A DNA stretch of 64,000 bases from Isurus oxyrinchus (lineage: Eukaryota). A program made the position numbers and the translations under genes. The notes beneath the pieces were generated by a model. That model saw only the letters and a list, made by a program, of their open reading frames with translations, made no database searches and was not told where the DNA came from. How positions within the stretch are numbered: position 1 is the stretch's first letter; each line of letters starts with the position of its first letter. The stretch is taken from positions 4,030,001-4,094,000 of the forward strand of contig JANJGN010000036.1 of assembly GCA_026770705.1 (NCBI GenBank), given 5' to 3'. This document shows, one piece after another, positions 23,251-37,600 of the stretch.

Positions 23251-26200
23251 CATTCTCATGAAGTGTGGTTAAGGTGCCCCTGTTCACTGGCCATTGCAGT
23301 GTAGGTGGATTAAATGATCGGTTAAGGTTTCACTGAGCCAATCAGCATAATTCAAACTAAGTAAGAATTCGCCCAATAACTAATGATCTCCAGTTGTTCG
23401 AGGTGGGACAATATTTTCGGCCGATGTATTAGATTCAAGGGCTGCATCAGTTAGACCAGCTGTTTGAGTATGATGGACAGTGTAATTTTTTGGGACTTCA
23501 TTATCTTGACGAGTTGTATTAGTTTGATTGCTAATTCAGTTTTACCCTGTAATCCGTAAATACGACTTTCACAATCCAACATTTGGAATTTTCTGACTGA
23601 GTGGCTGCAGTGAAAAGGGGCAGCCACTTCCCATAGCACTTGACAAACAGACTTGACAGGGCAAACATATGTTAGAAATTAAATTGTTGAATAACGACAC
23701 AGGGTAAAGGACATGAATGAGACAGAATAAAATGTAGAGCTTGGCGTGATGCTGTTGGAAAGAATGCACAATTTCTTTGTGCCCATGGTATATATTTTCT
23801 TTTGCTAATTAGTAATATCAGAATTTACACGTTTTGGAATTTTTCCAAAGCAGGCAATTTACAAACTATATTCTGTCACAAGAAGGACATAATTTGATGT
23901 ACTAAGTTTGTTTCAATGAAGAAAAAATCTATTCGAACAATGATGTGAAGTCAGTTTCCTCGTGGAGATACCGAAAGATATAAGTTAAAGTCTTTGGGAA
24001 TGTGTTGCTCTCGTGCTTAATGCAGAGACATTCCTTCTAGCACGAAGAGACAGATCGCTTCACGCAAAAGATCATGAGCATATTCTACAATTTCAGGACA
24101 ATTTATAACATGATTCTTGCCAGCATTGTTGTTCCTGATAAGTTACTGTAATCATTGACGTCGTGCAGTGTTTCCAGATTTATTCTTTGACTGACAATGT
24201 TACATGCTCTTTTATTTGCGACATTTATCCACACATTCGTCCAGTGATATCATTTCATTAATTCAAAAATCTTGAATTATCTTTGCGACATAATTCTATT
24301 GCTTCACTTGAAAATGAACCTTTGTTTGTAGCTCTCAGAATATCCGAATTGTCCAGTTACTTGCTTCTTTTGGGAATTGCATCCTGTTGAATCCGACATG
24401 GCCATGAGGGCAACTCTGTGGTGGAGTCTCAGTCACTCTGATTTCACAATGCCGAAGGCCCAGTAAGTGAAGTGAAACAAACGACCCCAGTGACCACGGA
24501 CCAACGAGAGTATCTGTCACTGTAGAACTGCACTGAGAAACATGTAATCATGGGAAGTTTACTGCATAGAAAGAGGTCACATGGTCCATCTTGCCTGCGT
24601 AGGCCGCAAAACCAACCACCCTGGGAGCCACCTTAATCTGGAGATTAACCGGACAGTTAGACCTGAATGGGGCACGTGTCACCGGGGGTATCTGTCAGCG
24701 TAGAGCTCTGCAGAACAAACTGTGTGGAACATCTGGTGCCAATGTATCATATATCATTGGAAGTCCTACCCTGTGATGAACTGCTGGGAATGTGGACTTC
24801 CAACTGGAGTGGGACACCTGATGCTTGTGCCTATGCGTTATGGAGAGTAGAAACTCAGAAAGTGCTGGAAAATTTCAACAAATCGGGCAACATTTGGAGA
24901 GAGAGAAACAGAATTAATGATTAGAGTCAAATATTCGATTCAGAAACTCAACTCTGCTTCGCTCTCGACAATTGTTTCCAGGCCTGTTGAGTATTCCCTG
25001 CGCTTTCTATTTTGTTTCAGATTTCTAGCATCCATAGTCATTTGTTTTTATTGCTGGGAGCATGCTTCTTTGTAGAGGTGAACTCAGTGTGGTTCCCTAA
25101 CGGGAGCCGAACACTTGATTCCAGTCACCATCTATTACTGGGGGGTGTTTGTGACTGTAGATTTATAGTTAGGGCCTGTCAGGAAGCTGAACAGAAAACG
25201 TGATCCAAGTGAGGATGTATTGATGGGAGTATTTATCATTGCAGAATTCTACTGAGGGTGGGTTGCCAACTGCAGTGGAGGAAACTGACCGCTGTGATGA
25301 TGTGCAATTGGGAATAACTGTCATTCTACAATTGAACTAAGTGTGGGTCTCAACGGACGTGAAGCAAGTCAGTTAAGCGTTAAATCATTGATTCAGGCGA
25401 CCCTGCATGCATTATTGTATTTTGTTATCGATGGGAAAGGGGAAGTTTTTCGGTATTGGTTAATGTTTGCTAATAATTTTATAAATTGTAATTTGTTGAT
25501 GCTGTTCTGCTTCCTAATCAAATGTATTTTTAACTATTGACTGACGGTGAGCAGCAGAAGAACAATGTTACTGTATTTAATTCTTCTTTAAAATTATGTA
25601 TTATTCGCACAGGTATAGTAATTCTAAAATCCGTTGATGCTTTGGTGCTTATTCGTCGGGCGGCTAACCCTGGCCCAGTGCAGAACAGTCAGGGAATTTA
25701 GGGTCACGAATGCTTAAGTATATTATGTTTCTAGTACTGGGTGTAAACTGGGCTCTGGTACTTAATTAATTCAGGTTTGTGACTGATTAAGTTTTTCTGA
25801 ATCAGTTCGTGTGTCTGATTAAGAGTCTCGACGCGTGTGAGCTGCACGTCATTCGCTTGTAGTTCAGTGAGGTGTGTCCCCACCAGGAGACACTCCGAGA
25901 AATGCCGACATAGATTTCATGTTTTCTCAACACAGGGAATAGTGAAAGGACAGTAAAAATAACGTTGGTTAGCCGATAATAATGTAATAAAATAGTGCAC
26001 TGCATCAATAAATATCATTTTGAAATATTATGAAATAACTAAAAACCTCATATGTTAAAAAGATCCAGTCTCCCGACTTTCTAGCTAAAGACGTTTTTCT
26101 GGAGATCACTCCTGCGTTAATTAATTCCACATCCATCTTTCTCCCAAAGGGAAGTATCACTCTCACGTTTCCATCTCTCAATCTCTTTGATATTTTAATG

Positions 26201-26699
26201 TTCTTCATTTGATTATTCCTCAGCTGCCTGCTTTCTCGAGTTTAGAGTCACAGTCAGTTACTCTTCCTGACAGTTATCATCTCTCGGATATGACCTTATT
26301 CTTGAGAATAATAGTCGCACGTCTGGAATGTTCCGACCTCGATTTCGTAATATGAAGGCCGGAAATGTAGAGTGAACCTTGAATGGAGGGTTCCATGAAC
26401 GATTAAATATGATCCTTCCGATATTCTTCTTCTTCCTCTATAAATGAGCCCCAGTGCTTTGATCGAATATTCATTGATTTGTTAGCCCTCATTTCTGGCT
26501 TGAATCACTTGTGACTCTCTTCCCCTCAAACCCCTTTCCCCATTGTTTACTTTACGAATTATTTCCCTCATTTTACCTTAAATACCTTTTACTTTGCATT
26601 GTTCATTTTTTGAGATCTTACTTGAGAGGCAATTGCTCCCACTCCGATGTCCCTTCCTTTCCTGCATCTGAATCCTTAACAACAGTTTATTATTCTCCC

Positions 26700-27800
26700 A
26701 TTGCCCCACGAGGCTTCTTGCCTCAGAGTTGAAGTTGCTCCATACATGCCTATTGATATTTCGACCCATGCCATTCCACCATTGCACCAAAGGCAACCAA
26801 CTGCCCTTACACTGCCAAAGGGCTGGATCTTTCCTGACCTAGAGCATTCTCTCTTTGCCCAACCAGTTTCCCTCGAACATCTCCCACCTTTCCCTTGTCG
26901 AAGGACCCATTTGGAATGCATTAATTTGTTTTAGTTATCCACAACCCACTTTGAACATATTTTCCTCATTACCATCTGCCCATTGCGCAGGTCTCCTGCT
27001 CCAACCTTTGCTTTTCCAGCACTTTCATGACCATGTCACTCCCATTCCCTTCTTTCGCCCTGGCTTGCCTTCACATGATCCGTTTCTGAATCTTCCTTTC
27101 CTTCCTCGAATTTTCCATCCCCATTTCAGCGGATGGTCTTTCCACCAATATCAGACATCGAAGTCAACAATTACGTTGACCATGCACCCTGAAACCCTGC
27201 TTCTTGTAAAGATTCTGTTCTGTCCTCCCAGTTTCTCTGTCTCGTCTTCTTCTGTAGCTGTGATGACACCTTCCACATCTGTCTTTCTCAAGTGAAGTAT
27301 TTGCCTCCTCAGCAGAGGTTTGGCCCCTTCACTGTGGTGACCTGACCCAACCATGTCCATTCTATTTCCAGCATTGTTGCCCTCGCATCCAGAACCTGCA
27401 GAGGGAGCTCTTGTCCAGCGAGATTTCTTTTCCACTTCATCTTGTGTTCAAAGTTTCTTTCGCTGTCAAATGAAATTCTTGCAAAGCTTTCCACGCAGTC
27501 GAATGAATCATTCCTCTGAAAATGAGAGAGAAAATAAATTTGTTCGAAAATATCAAAAGATTCAGGTGAAAAGGAGGCAAAGCAAGAGCCAAAGCTCCAT
27601 TTCTAATTTTCATACACCATCACCCTGCACCTGCCAATTGTAAGCAAATATCATCTCCCAATCTGCATGTGTGCTCATCTAAACCTAATCTAGCCTCAAA
27701 TAAATTGTATTCGATCCTGAAATATTGTTGCCTATCTTTCAACGAGCATTCATCTCAAAGGCTTCCACCATCATTTAAACTCCTTGTCCTTCTCTCAATG
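26700..27800 (+). mobile_element. Decayed Penelope-like retroelement fragment
   Basis: C/T-rich remnant resembling PLE RT-to-GIY-YIG sequence (e.g. caccctgcacctgc..., ttcaggtgaaa). Recognised by eye only. Confidence 0.35.
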
Positions 27801-28499
27801 TATGTTCGTCGAAAAATCTCCTGTTTGCATGTAAATGCATACCTAAATATCCTTCTCTGTACCTGCACCAGCCATTAAATACTCTGAGATATTCGCATTC
27901 TTTTACTTCTCCCATCTTACGATTCCCTTATCTTAATTGTTCCAACGTTGCCTACCATGCCTTTCGCTGTTTTGAATCTAAGCTCTACAATTAGTTTCCC
28001 AAACATCGCCGCCCCTCTAAATCACTTTCCTGTTTTAAGATGCTCCTTTAAACTCTGGCTTTTACTAAGTTCCCAGTCATCTGTCCTCATATTTCCTTGT
28101 ATAGTTCAATGCTAAAGCGTTCAAAAAAATCTGAGAAATATTGTTTTTGCTAAACGCCTAGGAACATAGGAACAGGGGAATGTCATTCAGCCCGTTGAGC
28201 GAGCTCCACCATTCAATACGATTATAGTTGATCGAACACGTCAATACACTATCACCATAGCCCCTTTATGTTATTACTAATCATAAATCTATCAATCAGA
28301 GGGTGTTTTGCCGCTTTAAATGCACTTTACAAATGTAAAATGTTGTTATCCTGACCCACCAAACTCTCAATGAACAGGCACAACAGGGGATGCATGCAGA
28401 TTAAACTCAATCAATGCTGCACCATCAATTATCCTCATGGCAGGAACAGAATAATTTACATAAGGAAAGACTAAATATCCCTTTGCACCTCTCGGTCGA

Positions 28500-29430
28500 A
28501 TGACCTGGGGAAAGATGACACAAAGATTGGCCGAGTAGCAAAGAGTGTAGAGGATGGCCATAATCTCCAAAACGATATAGATGGATTGTTGGAGTGGGCA
28601 GTAAAGTGACAAATGGATTTTAACATAGAGAAATGCGAGGTCATACATTTAGGCAGGTCAAACAGTTACAGGGATTTCAAACTAAATGGGAATATACTAA
28701 GAGGGGTAGATGAAGTAAGAGATCTTGGCGTACAAGTACACAGGTGCATGCAGGCAGCAGTTCAAGTCGACAAGGTTGTAAAGAAGGCATATGGTATGAT
28801 CTCCTTCATTCGCAGAGGTAACGAATATAAAAGTAAGGTTAAAATGTTGGAATTGTATAAAACACTGGTGAGGCCACAACTGGAGTATTGGGTGCAGTTC
28901 TGGTCACCACATTACTGGAAGGACGTAATAACTCTGGAGAGAGTGCAGAAGAGGTTTAAAAGATTGTTGCCAAGGTTAGAAAAGTGTAGCTACGAGGAGA
29001 GATTGGAAATTTTGGGATTATTTTCCCTGGAACAAAGAAGGCTGAGAGGTGACTTGATTTAGGTGTACAAAATTATGAGGGGAATAGAGAGAGTTGACAG
29101 GATAAAATTGTTTCCCTTGATGGAGAATTCTAGAACGAGGACGTATAGATTCAAGGTAAGTGACAGAATGTGTAGGGGGCACATGAGGAAGAACTTCATT
29201 TACGCAGAGGGTAGTGGGTGTCTGAAATTCGCTGCCCAAGTTGGTGGTAGAGACAGAAACTTTAAACTCTTTTAAAAAGTACTTGGAACTGCACCTAAAG
29301 TGTTGTAAGCTGCAGGGCTATGGGCCAGGTGCAGGAAGGTGGGATTAGAAATGGCACCTGGGTGTCCTCGGGCTGGCATGGACAGGATGAGCCAAATGGC
29401 CTCCTTCTCTGCTGTAACTTTTCTATAGTT
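28500..29430 (+). mobile_element. Relatively young 5'-truncated CR1 LINE
   Basis: FNIEKCEVIHLG, LYKTLVRPQLEY and RRLRGDLI motifs, and 3' tail gctgtaactttctatagttcta. Confidence 0.92.
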
Positions 29431-29559
29431 CTAAGAGTGTGGCTTAAATGCAGTGATGCGCTCCCTGAATCATATCCAATTAAACATTTATTTGAAATGT
29501 AAAAGGGCACGTGTTTATTGCAGAGTTTAGTTCCTGTACGCGGTCACCACAAAGCATTC

Positions 29560-30425
29560 CAATTAGAGTCAGCACTGTTAAAACACAGAGGATCCGTTCT
29601 ACGCTCTCCTATTTACCACTAAATCTCAAAATGTACAATGCATGTTAGACGCATATTAACCATCATTCCATACTCTAAGATCGTAAAGCATAGCGTAAAT
29701 ACAAATTAATCTTCCCCAAAAATGTCACATCAACCATGCTCTGAGCAAGGGTTCAATTCTGATTAAAACTCCATTTGCACCATTCCATCAAATTATGGAA
29801 GAACGGGTGAAGCACAGGTTATATAGAGGGTAAATCTCCCTCCATATACTGTTCTACTAAACACTCCTGTGGAAGGTACAGCAGGGGTTACATGCGGGGT
29901 GAATCTCCCTCTACACTGTTCCACAAAATACACCTATGGAAATTTAGCAGGGCTTAGGCATTGCTTTGGTACAGAGATACATCTGCCCTTCCAAATTCTG
30001 CCAGGGATTGTACTGAAACGGATAGAGGTAGCGTAATTTTCCCTGTGCACTCAATGGCCATTATAAGGGCAAGTAAAGCATGACTTGGATGCAGTGTACA
30101 GTTCACTTTTAGATGTCACAGCATCAAGTCATGAACAGGTGTTGCTTGGTGCTTGGATCTTCAACACTGCTCCTTTACATTTACGGCATGGACAGCTGGG
30201 TAAACATAGAATTACAATGATTCCTTTCCACTGGCTCAAGAACATGTCAGGGTAGGTACAGCACCCCGCAGGCACACATTAATGTTGTCTCTATTTTATC
30301 CCTTCAAACACCCAGTTCAGTTACCGAACAGGCTCGATGCAGAGCAAATTTCCTTGGGTGCTCTGAGATCGGTTTCATGGAAAATCAAGCAGTTCTTGGC
30401 TAGGGAATAAATCTCCCGCTGTACA
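29560..30425 (+). repeat. Diverged ~60-65 bp tandem repeat (gggttagatacagagtaaatctccctctacactgt...ggtacagca)
   Basis: Recurring aaatctccctc..actgt and ggtacagca units, e.g. at 29830, 29900 and 30410. Confidence 0.6.
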
Positions 30426-30429
30426 GTCT

Positions 30430-33050
30430 CAACCTTAATATGCTTCAAGACGCCTAACACCTCCTATTTTTTGATCTCAACATGTTCCAGGCTATCTACA
30501 CACTCTTCCCTAGAGAAATCGACCGCTAAGTCCTTCTCTTTGGTGAATACTAATGAGAAGTATTCATTTAGTATCTCTCCCATTTCTTCTGGATCCACAC
30601 ACACATTCCCACCTCTGTCCCTGAGTGAGCCTACCCTTTCCCTGGCTACCCATTTGCTTTCTGCATATGTATAAAAGGCCATGGGATTTTCCTTAATCCT
30701 GATTGCCAGTGACTTTTCGTAACCCGTTTTAGCCCTCCTGACTCCTTGCTTAAGGTTCTTCCTACTTTCTTTATATTCCCCATGAGCTACATCTGTTCCC
30801 AGCCTTGTAGCCCTTACGAATGCTTCTGTTTTCTTTTTGACTGATCTCACAATATCCTTCGTTATCCAAGGTTCCTGAAACTTGCCATGCTTATCTTTCA
30901 TCCTAGCAGGAACATGCTGCTCCTGAATTCTTATCAACTGATGTTTGAAAGCACCCCATCCCCCCACCGCACGCCCCGACACCCCTTCCTCCCACTCCCC
31001 ACCGCCCCCCCCCCCCCCCCACCCCCCACCCACCACATGTCCGTTGTTGATTTGCCCTCAAACATTGCCCTCCAGTCTAGATTTCTCAGTTCCTGACTAA
31101 TATTGTTATAATTAGCCTTCCTCCAATTAAGCGCCTTAACCCGGGGACTCCTGTTATCCTTATTCACCAGTACCTTGAAACATACTGACTTATGGTCACT
31201 TTCCCCAACATGCTCTCCTACTGAAACTTCGACGACCTGGCCGGGTTCATTCCCTTATACCAGGTCCAGTATTGCCCCTTCCCTAGTTGGACTATCCACA
31301 TATTGTCTCAGGAATCCCTCCTGGATGCAGCTTACAAATTATGCAACATCCAAGCCTCTAGCACTAAGTGATTCCAGTCAATACAGGGAAAGTTAAAATC
31401 ACCCACCACAACAACGCTATTGATTTTATATCTCCCCAAAATCTGCCTACATAACTGTTCCTCAATCTCCCGCCGGCAATTGGGAGACCTAGAGTAAACC
31501 CCCAACAATGTGACTGCACCCTTCCTATTCAGGAGCTCCACCCATATTGCCTATTTGCTTGAGCCCACCGAGGTGTCCTCCTGTCGTACAGCTGTGATAT
31601 TCCCCTTAACCAGCAGTACAGCGCCCCCACTTCTTCTAAATCCCTCTATATTCTGCCTGAATATCTAAATCCTGGTACGTTTATCTGCCAATCCTGTCCA
31701 TTCTTCAACCAAGTCTCTGTAATGGCAATAAAATCATAGTCCCAAGTACTAAACCAAACTCTGCTGACCTATTGCTCTGGTTCCCACTGCCCGCCCATAC
31801 TAGTTTAAACCCTCCTTAGTGACACTAGCAAACCTTGCAGCCAGGATATTGGTGCCTATCCAATTTAGATGCAACCCGTCCTTCTTGTACAGGTACCACC
31901 TGCACCGGAGGAGATCACACTGATCCAGATATCGGAAACCTTCCCTCCTACACCATCTGTTCAGCTACGTGTTCATGGGCACTATCTTCCTATTTCTAGC
32001 CTCACTGGCACGTGGCATAGTGAGTAATCCTGAGATTACAACCTTAGAGGTCCTGTTTTTTAACTTTCTGCCTAACTCCCTGAACTCCCGCTGCAGGACC
32101 TCGTCACTCTTCCTGCCTATCTCGTTAGTACCAATGTGTTCCACTACCTCTGGTTGTTCTGCCTCCCCCTTCAGAATGTCCCGTACACCATCCTGGTGTC
32201 TCTTTCACGACCTCAAAAGAAGCCTATCTGAGCCCCTGACCATAGAGTCCCCTATGATAATTGCTCTTCTGCGCTTTGACCCCCACCCCCACCCCCCTGC
32301 TGAACAACAGAGACAGCCGCGGTGCCACTGCTTTGGCTACTGCTGTTGTTTTCCCCGATAAGCCACCCCCCCCTCCCCAACAGTCTCCAAAATGGTATAC
32401 CTGTTAGAGAGGGGGACAGCCACAGGAGATTTCTGCACTGACTGCATACTCCTTCTAGCGGTCACCCATCTATCTGCCTGTACCTTGGGTGTGGCCACCT
32501 CTCCAAAACTCCTTTCTATAATACTTTTCACCACCCGAATGCTCCTAGGTGCATCCAACTGCTTCTCCAACTGATCCATGCGGTCTGTGAGGAGCTGCAA
32601 TTGGGTACACTTCCTGCAGATTTAGTTGTCCCGGGCAATTGAAGCATCACAGATTTCCGACATCCCAAAGGTGAAGCACTTCACCCCAGCAACTGCAATT
32701 TCTAGAAATATTTAATAAACTAATTTAAATCTAACAAATGCTTATTGACTCCTTATTAACTGTACGTTCCCTAGGGCTAGATTTCTACTATAAATGCTAA
32801 ATACTAAGAACAGTAATCCTCTGATTGTGATCTAGAAACCCTCTACTTATTAATTAAGTGACTAATTTATTTGGTCTAATTAGTTTAACAAGGTTTTAGT
32901 TTCAAATTCAGTGTAGATTCTCTACCAGCCAGTCAGGTCACAGATTTACCCTGATGCCACTTTTATTATTTTTTTAATACCCGAGGTCCACAAATCCCCG
33001 AGGTAAGGTTTTTATACTCACGTTTCTGGAACTCCACCCTCCGATTCTGC
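30430..33050 (-). mobile_element. CR1 LINE 5' half: ORF1 (SGNH/esterase-type) and ORF2 endonuclease, with internal deletions and a poly-C insertion
   Basis: ORF1 remnants DRMDQLEKQL, VPLSNRY and IIIGDSMV. ORF2 remnants VVVGDFNFP, EPWIT and IKENPMAFY. Confidence 0.9.
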
Positions 33051-33059
33051 TCCCTGGAA

Positions 33060-33690
33060 CTCTCCTCGGGCTCTTTTATCCTGTGTCCCCGCCACTCTCC
33101 TCGCTCTCTTTAATCCTGTGATTCCACCACTCTCCTTGTGCTCTTTCATCCTGTGTCTCCGCCGCTCTCCTCGCACTCTTTAATCCTGTGCCTCCATTGC
33201 TCTCCTTGTGCTCTTTTATCCTGTGTCTCCACCGCTCTCTGCGCACTCTTTAATGCTGTCTCCACTGCTTTCCTTGCACACTTTCATCCTGTATCTCCGC
33301 TGCTCTCCTCGCGCTCTTTTCCTGTGTCTCCGCCACTCTCCTCGTGCTCCTTTATCCTGTGTATCTGCTCTTCTTGTGCTCTTTAATCCTGTGTCTCCGC
33401 CGCTCTCCTCACACTCTTATCCTGTGTCTCCACCGCTCTCCTCGCACCATTTTATCCTGTGTCTCTGCCACTCGCCTTTTGCTCTTTCATCCTGTGTCTC
33501 CGTCGCTCTCCTCGTGCTCTTTTCCTGTGTCTCCGCCGCTCTCCTCGTGCTCTTTTATCCTGTGTCTCCACTCACCTCGCACTCTTTTATCCTGTGTCTC
33601 CGCTCTCCTCACACTCTTTTATCCTGTGTCTCCACTCTCCTCACACTCTTCTATCCTGTGTCTCCGCTCTCCTCGCGCACTTTTATCTAG
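33060..33690 (+). repeat. Minisatellite, ~33-38 bp unit (ctcttttatcctgtgtctccgccgctctcctcgtg)
   Basis: Tandem units directly visible. Confidence 0.92.
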
Positions 33691-33769
33691 AGGTCTTCAC
33701 CATATCCGGTAGCTTCATATGTCTGTGGTTGACACATATTATTAACTTTTTTATGTTATGAGATTACAG

Positions 33770-34480
33770 GGTCTGATCCAAATAATTACGGACTGTTCTT
33801 TATATAATCTTCAAAAAGTTGGATACATGCTGGTGGATTGTCCACCCCTGGACATTGACCTCCAGTCACTAAAGCATCCTTCTGTCATCACTCTCTGTCT
33901 CCTACAACTTAGCCGATTTTGAATCCAACTTATCAAATTACCCTGTAACCCATGTGCATTTGCCTTCTTTATAAGTCGCCCATGTAGGACATTGTCAAAG
34001 GCTTTTTGCTGAAATCCATATAGACTACATCAACTGCACTACCCTCATCTACACACCTGGTCACCCCCTCAAAAATTCAATCCAATTTGTTAGGCACGAC
34101 CTCCCTCTGACAAAGCCATGCTGACTATCCCTGATCAAACCTTGCCTCTGCAAGTGGAGATTGATTCTCTCCTTCAGAATTTTCGGACGTGAGACTCACT
34201 GGCCTGTAGTTCCCTGGCTTATCTCGACAACCCTTCTTAAATAGCAGAACCACAATAGCTGTTCTCCAGTCCTCTGACACCTCCCTCGTGGCCAGGGAGG
34301 AATAGAAAATTTGGGTCATAGCCCCTGCGATTTCCTCCCTAGCCTCCCTCAGCCGTCTGGGACACAAATCATCTGGGCCTGGAGATTTGTCCACTTTTAA
34401 GCCTGCCGACACCACCGATACCTTGTCACTCCCTATATCAATTTGCTTAAGAACCTTGCAGTCTCTCTCCCCGAGTTCGA
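33770..34480 (-). mobile_element. CR1 LINE RT fragment
   Basis: KVDKSPGPD, EDWRTA, PGNYRPVSLTS and VVYMDF motifs. Confidence 0.88.
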
Positions 34481-34689
34481 GACATTTGTTGAAACCAGAA
34501 TAAATTAATATTGTTTCGGTGAATTGAACAGAACACTCGGAGGGTGTATCGCACCTCTGTACACACAAATGTCTGAAGCAGTAATGATGTTGATTGCAAC
34601 ACAATTGCATTTTGTCTCCTTTTTGAGCCTGACTGAACTGCTCAGCGCCTGTGACGCGTGTTTACCACGATCTTTGCAGGCAGAGCCGT

Positions 34690-37600
34690 ATGTCGCCTCT
34701 TAACCTGTAAACAGGAAACCCTCAGCTAAAATTAACACCACGCTGCTTTTTCCAGTGAGCTACTTTTATACGTTGCATGTAATTTCTGCAAAATGTACAT
34801 TTTCGCCACGTCTTCTGAGCCCTGGGCCGAGAACAGAGACACCCAAGCGAAGAGACGGTGAAAGCCTCACACCAGCCGGCCAAGGATCGGAGACCGTGAG
34901 CTTCTTACGTCCTGTAAGTCGCTGCATCCGGTTCCGGGTTTGTGTATTCTTCACTCCTAATTCAGAATGGTTTAAGTCCACTGATATAGTCAGCCAAGTA
35001 GAAAATTGCCCCCACATCTATATTGTATGACGTTAGCTTCATGTTGAAGGACTGAATTATGTCCATCTCAGCAAAATCGACTACATATCAACATCCTCGA
35101 TTCTATCAGGTCGAATGTTGATCCGCGACCCTCTCTCTTACCCTTTGGGCCAATAATGGCAGAAACGCGCAGTGGTTGCAAGGTGGGTGGGGGCTGTGGT
35201 GCTCGTGGGGGAAGGCGGGATCCGCCCCCCCACCACCACCCCCCCCCCCCCCCCCAACCTCTCCCCTGTGTCCCTGGGGCCCATATTTATCCTCGAAACA
35301 ACTTCACTAAAAGCATGACCTGTGTCATAAACACGTTGTTATCTGTTTCTTGCTGTGCGCAATGACAGCTGCCGCACTGTTGTAGCCGTTTCGTCATAGG
35401 AAGTATTTTCTCTCTCCCTGTCGTAACAAAATTCACGGTGTAGTTTTTGTACTCCTCAGTTATTGTATCTCAAGCAGTTTTGTCTGAGATTCCCGCGGTT
35501 GCGAGTCTCTCGGAAATACTGACAAGGTGCATTGCTTCACGACTTGGTTGCCACTGTGTGTTGGGGTGGGTGTGAGGGAGGGGTTGGAGGTGGGGAGCGT
35601 CCCACTGCAATAACCGGAAGCACCAGATGCATCTGCAGCTGCTTTATGCCGTGACAGAATACAATCCTCCAACAGTGAGCTTTTCGGGGTAAGTTAACGG
35701 CAAATCGACTCTCAACTCTCTGATCATTGCAGATGTCCAGGCTAGTAATTCGTGTATGTATTACTCTGCATCTAAGGAGCTCAGTGGGATGCTCTTTGCG
35801 TTTGAAAATGGTTCAAAATTACTCAAAATAGGTAAAAAAATTAGTTATTTTACTCATTTCATCATCAATGGACAGGAGGTTATGGCCTACAGTGATCGAA
35901 TCTTAACGCCCCCATCCTGCCAGCGTCTCCAAGAAGCGACCTTTTAACTCCGCCACCTGCTGAAATTCTTCCAATGAAAGTTCCTTTGTATTGTTTCGTG
36001 AAGAGTACGGACCCTGATTCTTTTGCCGTCCGCTGGAATGTTTCTGGGCGGGGTCTCCAGGGCCAGAGTGATTCTGGGACAATCGAGCGAGACGGGGCCT
36101 TCACCATCAGGAGTTGCATAACACCCTGTGCGGAAACTTGAAGCAGCGGCGCTCTTTGTACTTGCTCCGTTCAAATCCACTCCAGTGAAAATCTTCCAAG
36201 TGAAAGTGTCCTATCTCAGAGAGGCAGGTATTAACAGTTACCTTGTGTATTTAAGTTGCTACAATATTTCTTTGTACGTTAAAACTCCCCCTTTCTATGT
36301 GTCTATGTATAATTTCTGACCCCTTACCCGGCTCTCATATGTCTCTTCATTTCATTGTTTAGCTTTCCGAGTTTTTCTGTCTAGCTGGGATAAAAGTGTG
36401 TGGAAGGAGATAAGTTATTTTGACATGTCAATGATTAAATAGAATCCCAATTTTTTGTTTAGCACTTTCTCGATTCCTCTCTGTCATTACCTGTAATCCA
36501 TTGAGCTTCCAGCACGGAAACAGTGCATTCGGCCCTTCTGTTCAGTGCTGGTGTTGCTGTTCCACACGAACCTCCTTCCACCCCCTCTTCATCTCACCCC
36601 ATCAACATGTTCTCCTTTTCCTTTCTCCCCCAAATGCTTATACAGCGTCAGCCATAAATCCGTCTCTGCTATTCACCTCATCCACTCTGTGTGGGAGTGA
36701 GTTCGACATTCTCCCCGGTCTCTGGCTAAAGAGATTTCTCTAGTATTCCCGTTTGCATTTATTGGTGATTATCTGATATTGATGGCTTCGAGCTCTGTCC
36801 TCCCCCAACAAGTGCAAGCCTTCTCTACGCCTGCGTGAAAAAACCTTCCATAATCTGAAACATCTCAGGTCACTTCTCAATCTCCTCTTTCCTTGAGAAA
36901 AAAAGACAGCCTGTTCAAAGTTTCCTGGCTGTTTCAACCTCTCAGTTTTGTAATCATTCCAGTAAAGACTTTTCTCAACTTCCCGTGGTTGTTTATAGTA
37001 TTTTTATGATCTAGAGATCAGAATTATTCACAAAACCCCATGTTTGGTCAGGCTCAGTTTTAATAGCCGTTTAATATAGCCTTCCTTCTTTTTATTCTTA
37101 TTTATGTGGACATGTCTAAACCTTGGGCTTGTGTTTTTTTTTATGACCTTATTAACTGCTGTCACCAATTTCAATGATTTTGTGTCAGTACCTCAGAGCC
37201 CACTGCTCCTCTATCCGATTTAAAATCTTATTTTCCAGTGAGTGTTTCGCCCAAACCCTGTCACTAAGTCTAACCCAAATCCCAATCCTTAAGCTTCCCA
37301 GCCAAACGTTCTCTATATAAATTTTCATCCAAGAAAAAATAAGGGAATCCGCTGGATAACTAGAAACTAGTTAGTATTTCCTGCGTAGCGGACAAACTCT
37401 TAGCATTAATTATTATAAACGAAATGGGTGAGCATTTCTGAATATATGGGTTCGTTTATGACAGGCACAACCGAATTGTGAAAGTGTAGTCCTGCTTAAC
37501 CCATTTCATAGACGTTTCTTTTCCACGGAGTTTCGGAATAGACAGTTAAAGAGAAAGCAGTAGATAGAACTTGTATGAATTTCCACAAGGACTGGATGTG

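Noticed and set aside
25293-26005. Possible solo LTR (TG...CA, AATAAA near end)
   Set aside because: No second copy, target-site duplication, primer-binding site or polypurine tract could be identified.
33060-33761. CRISPR-like array or repeat protein ORFs
   Set aside because: Head-to-tail minisatellite without unique spacers, in a eukaryotic context.
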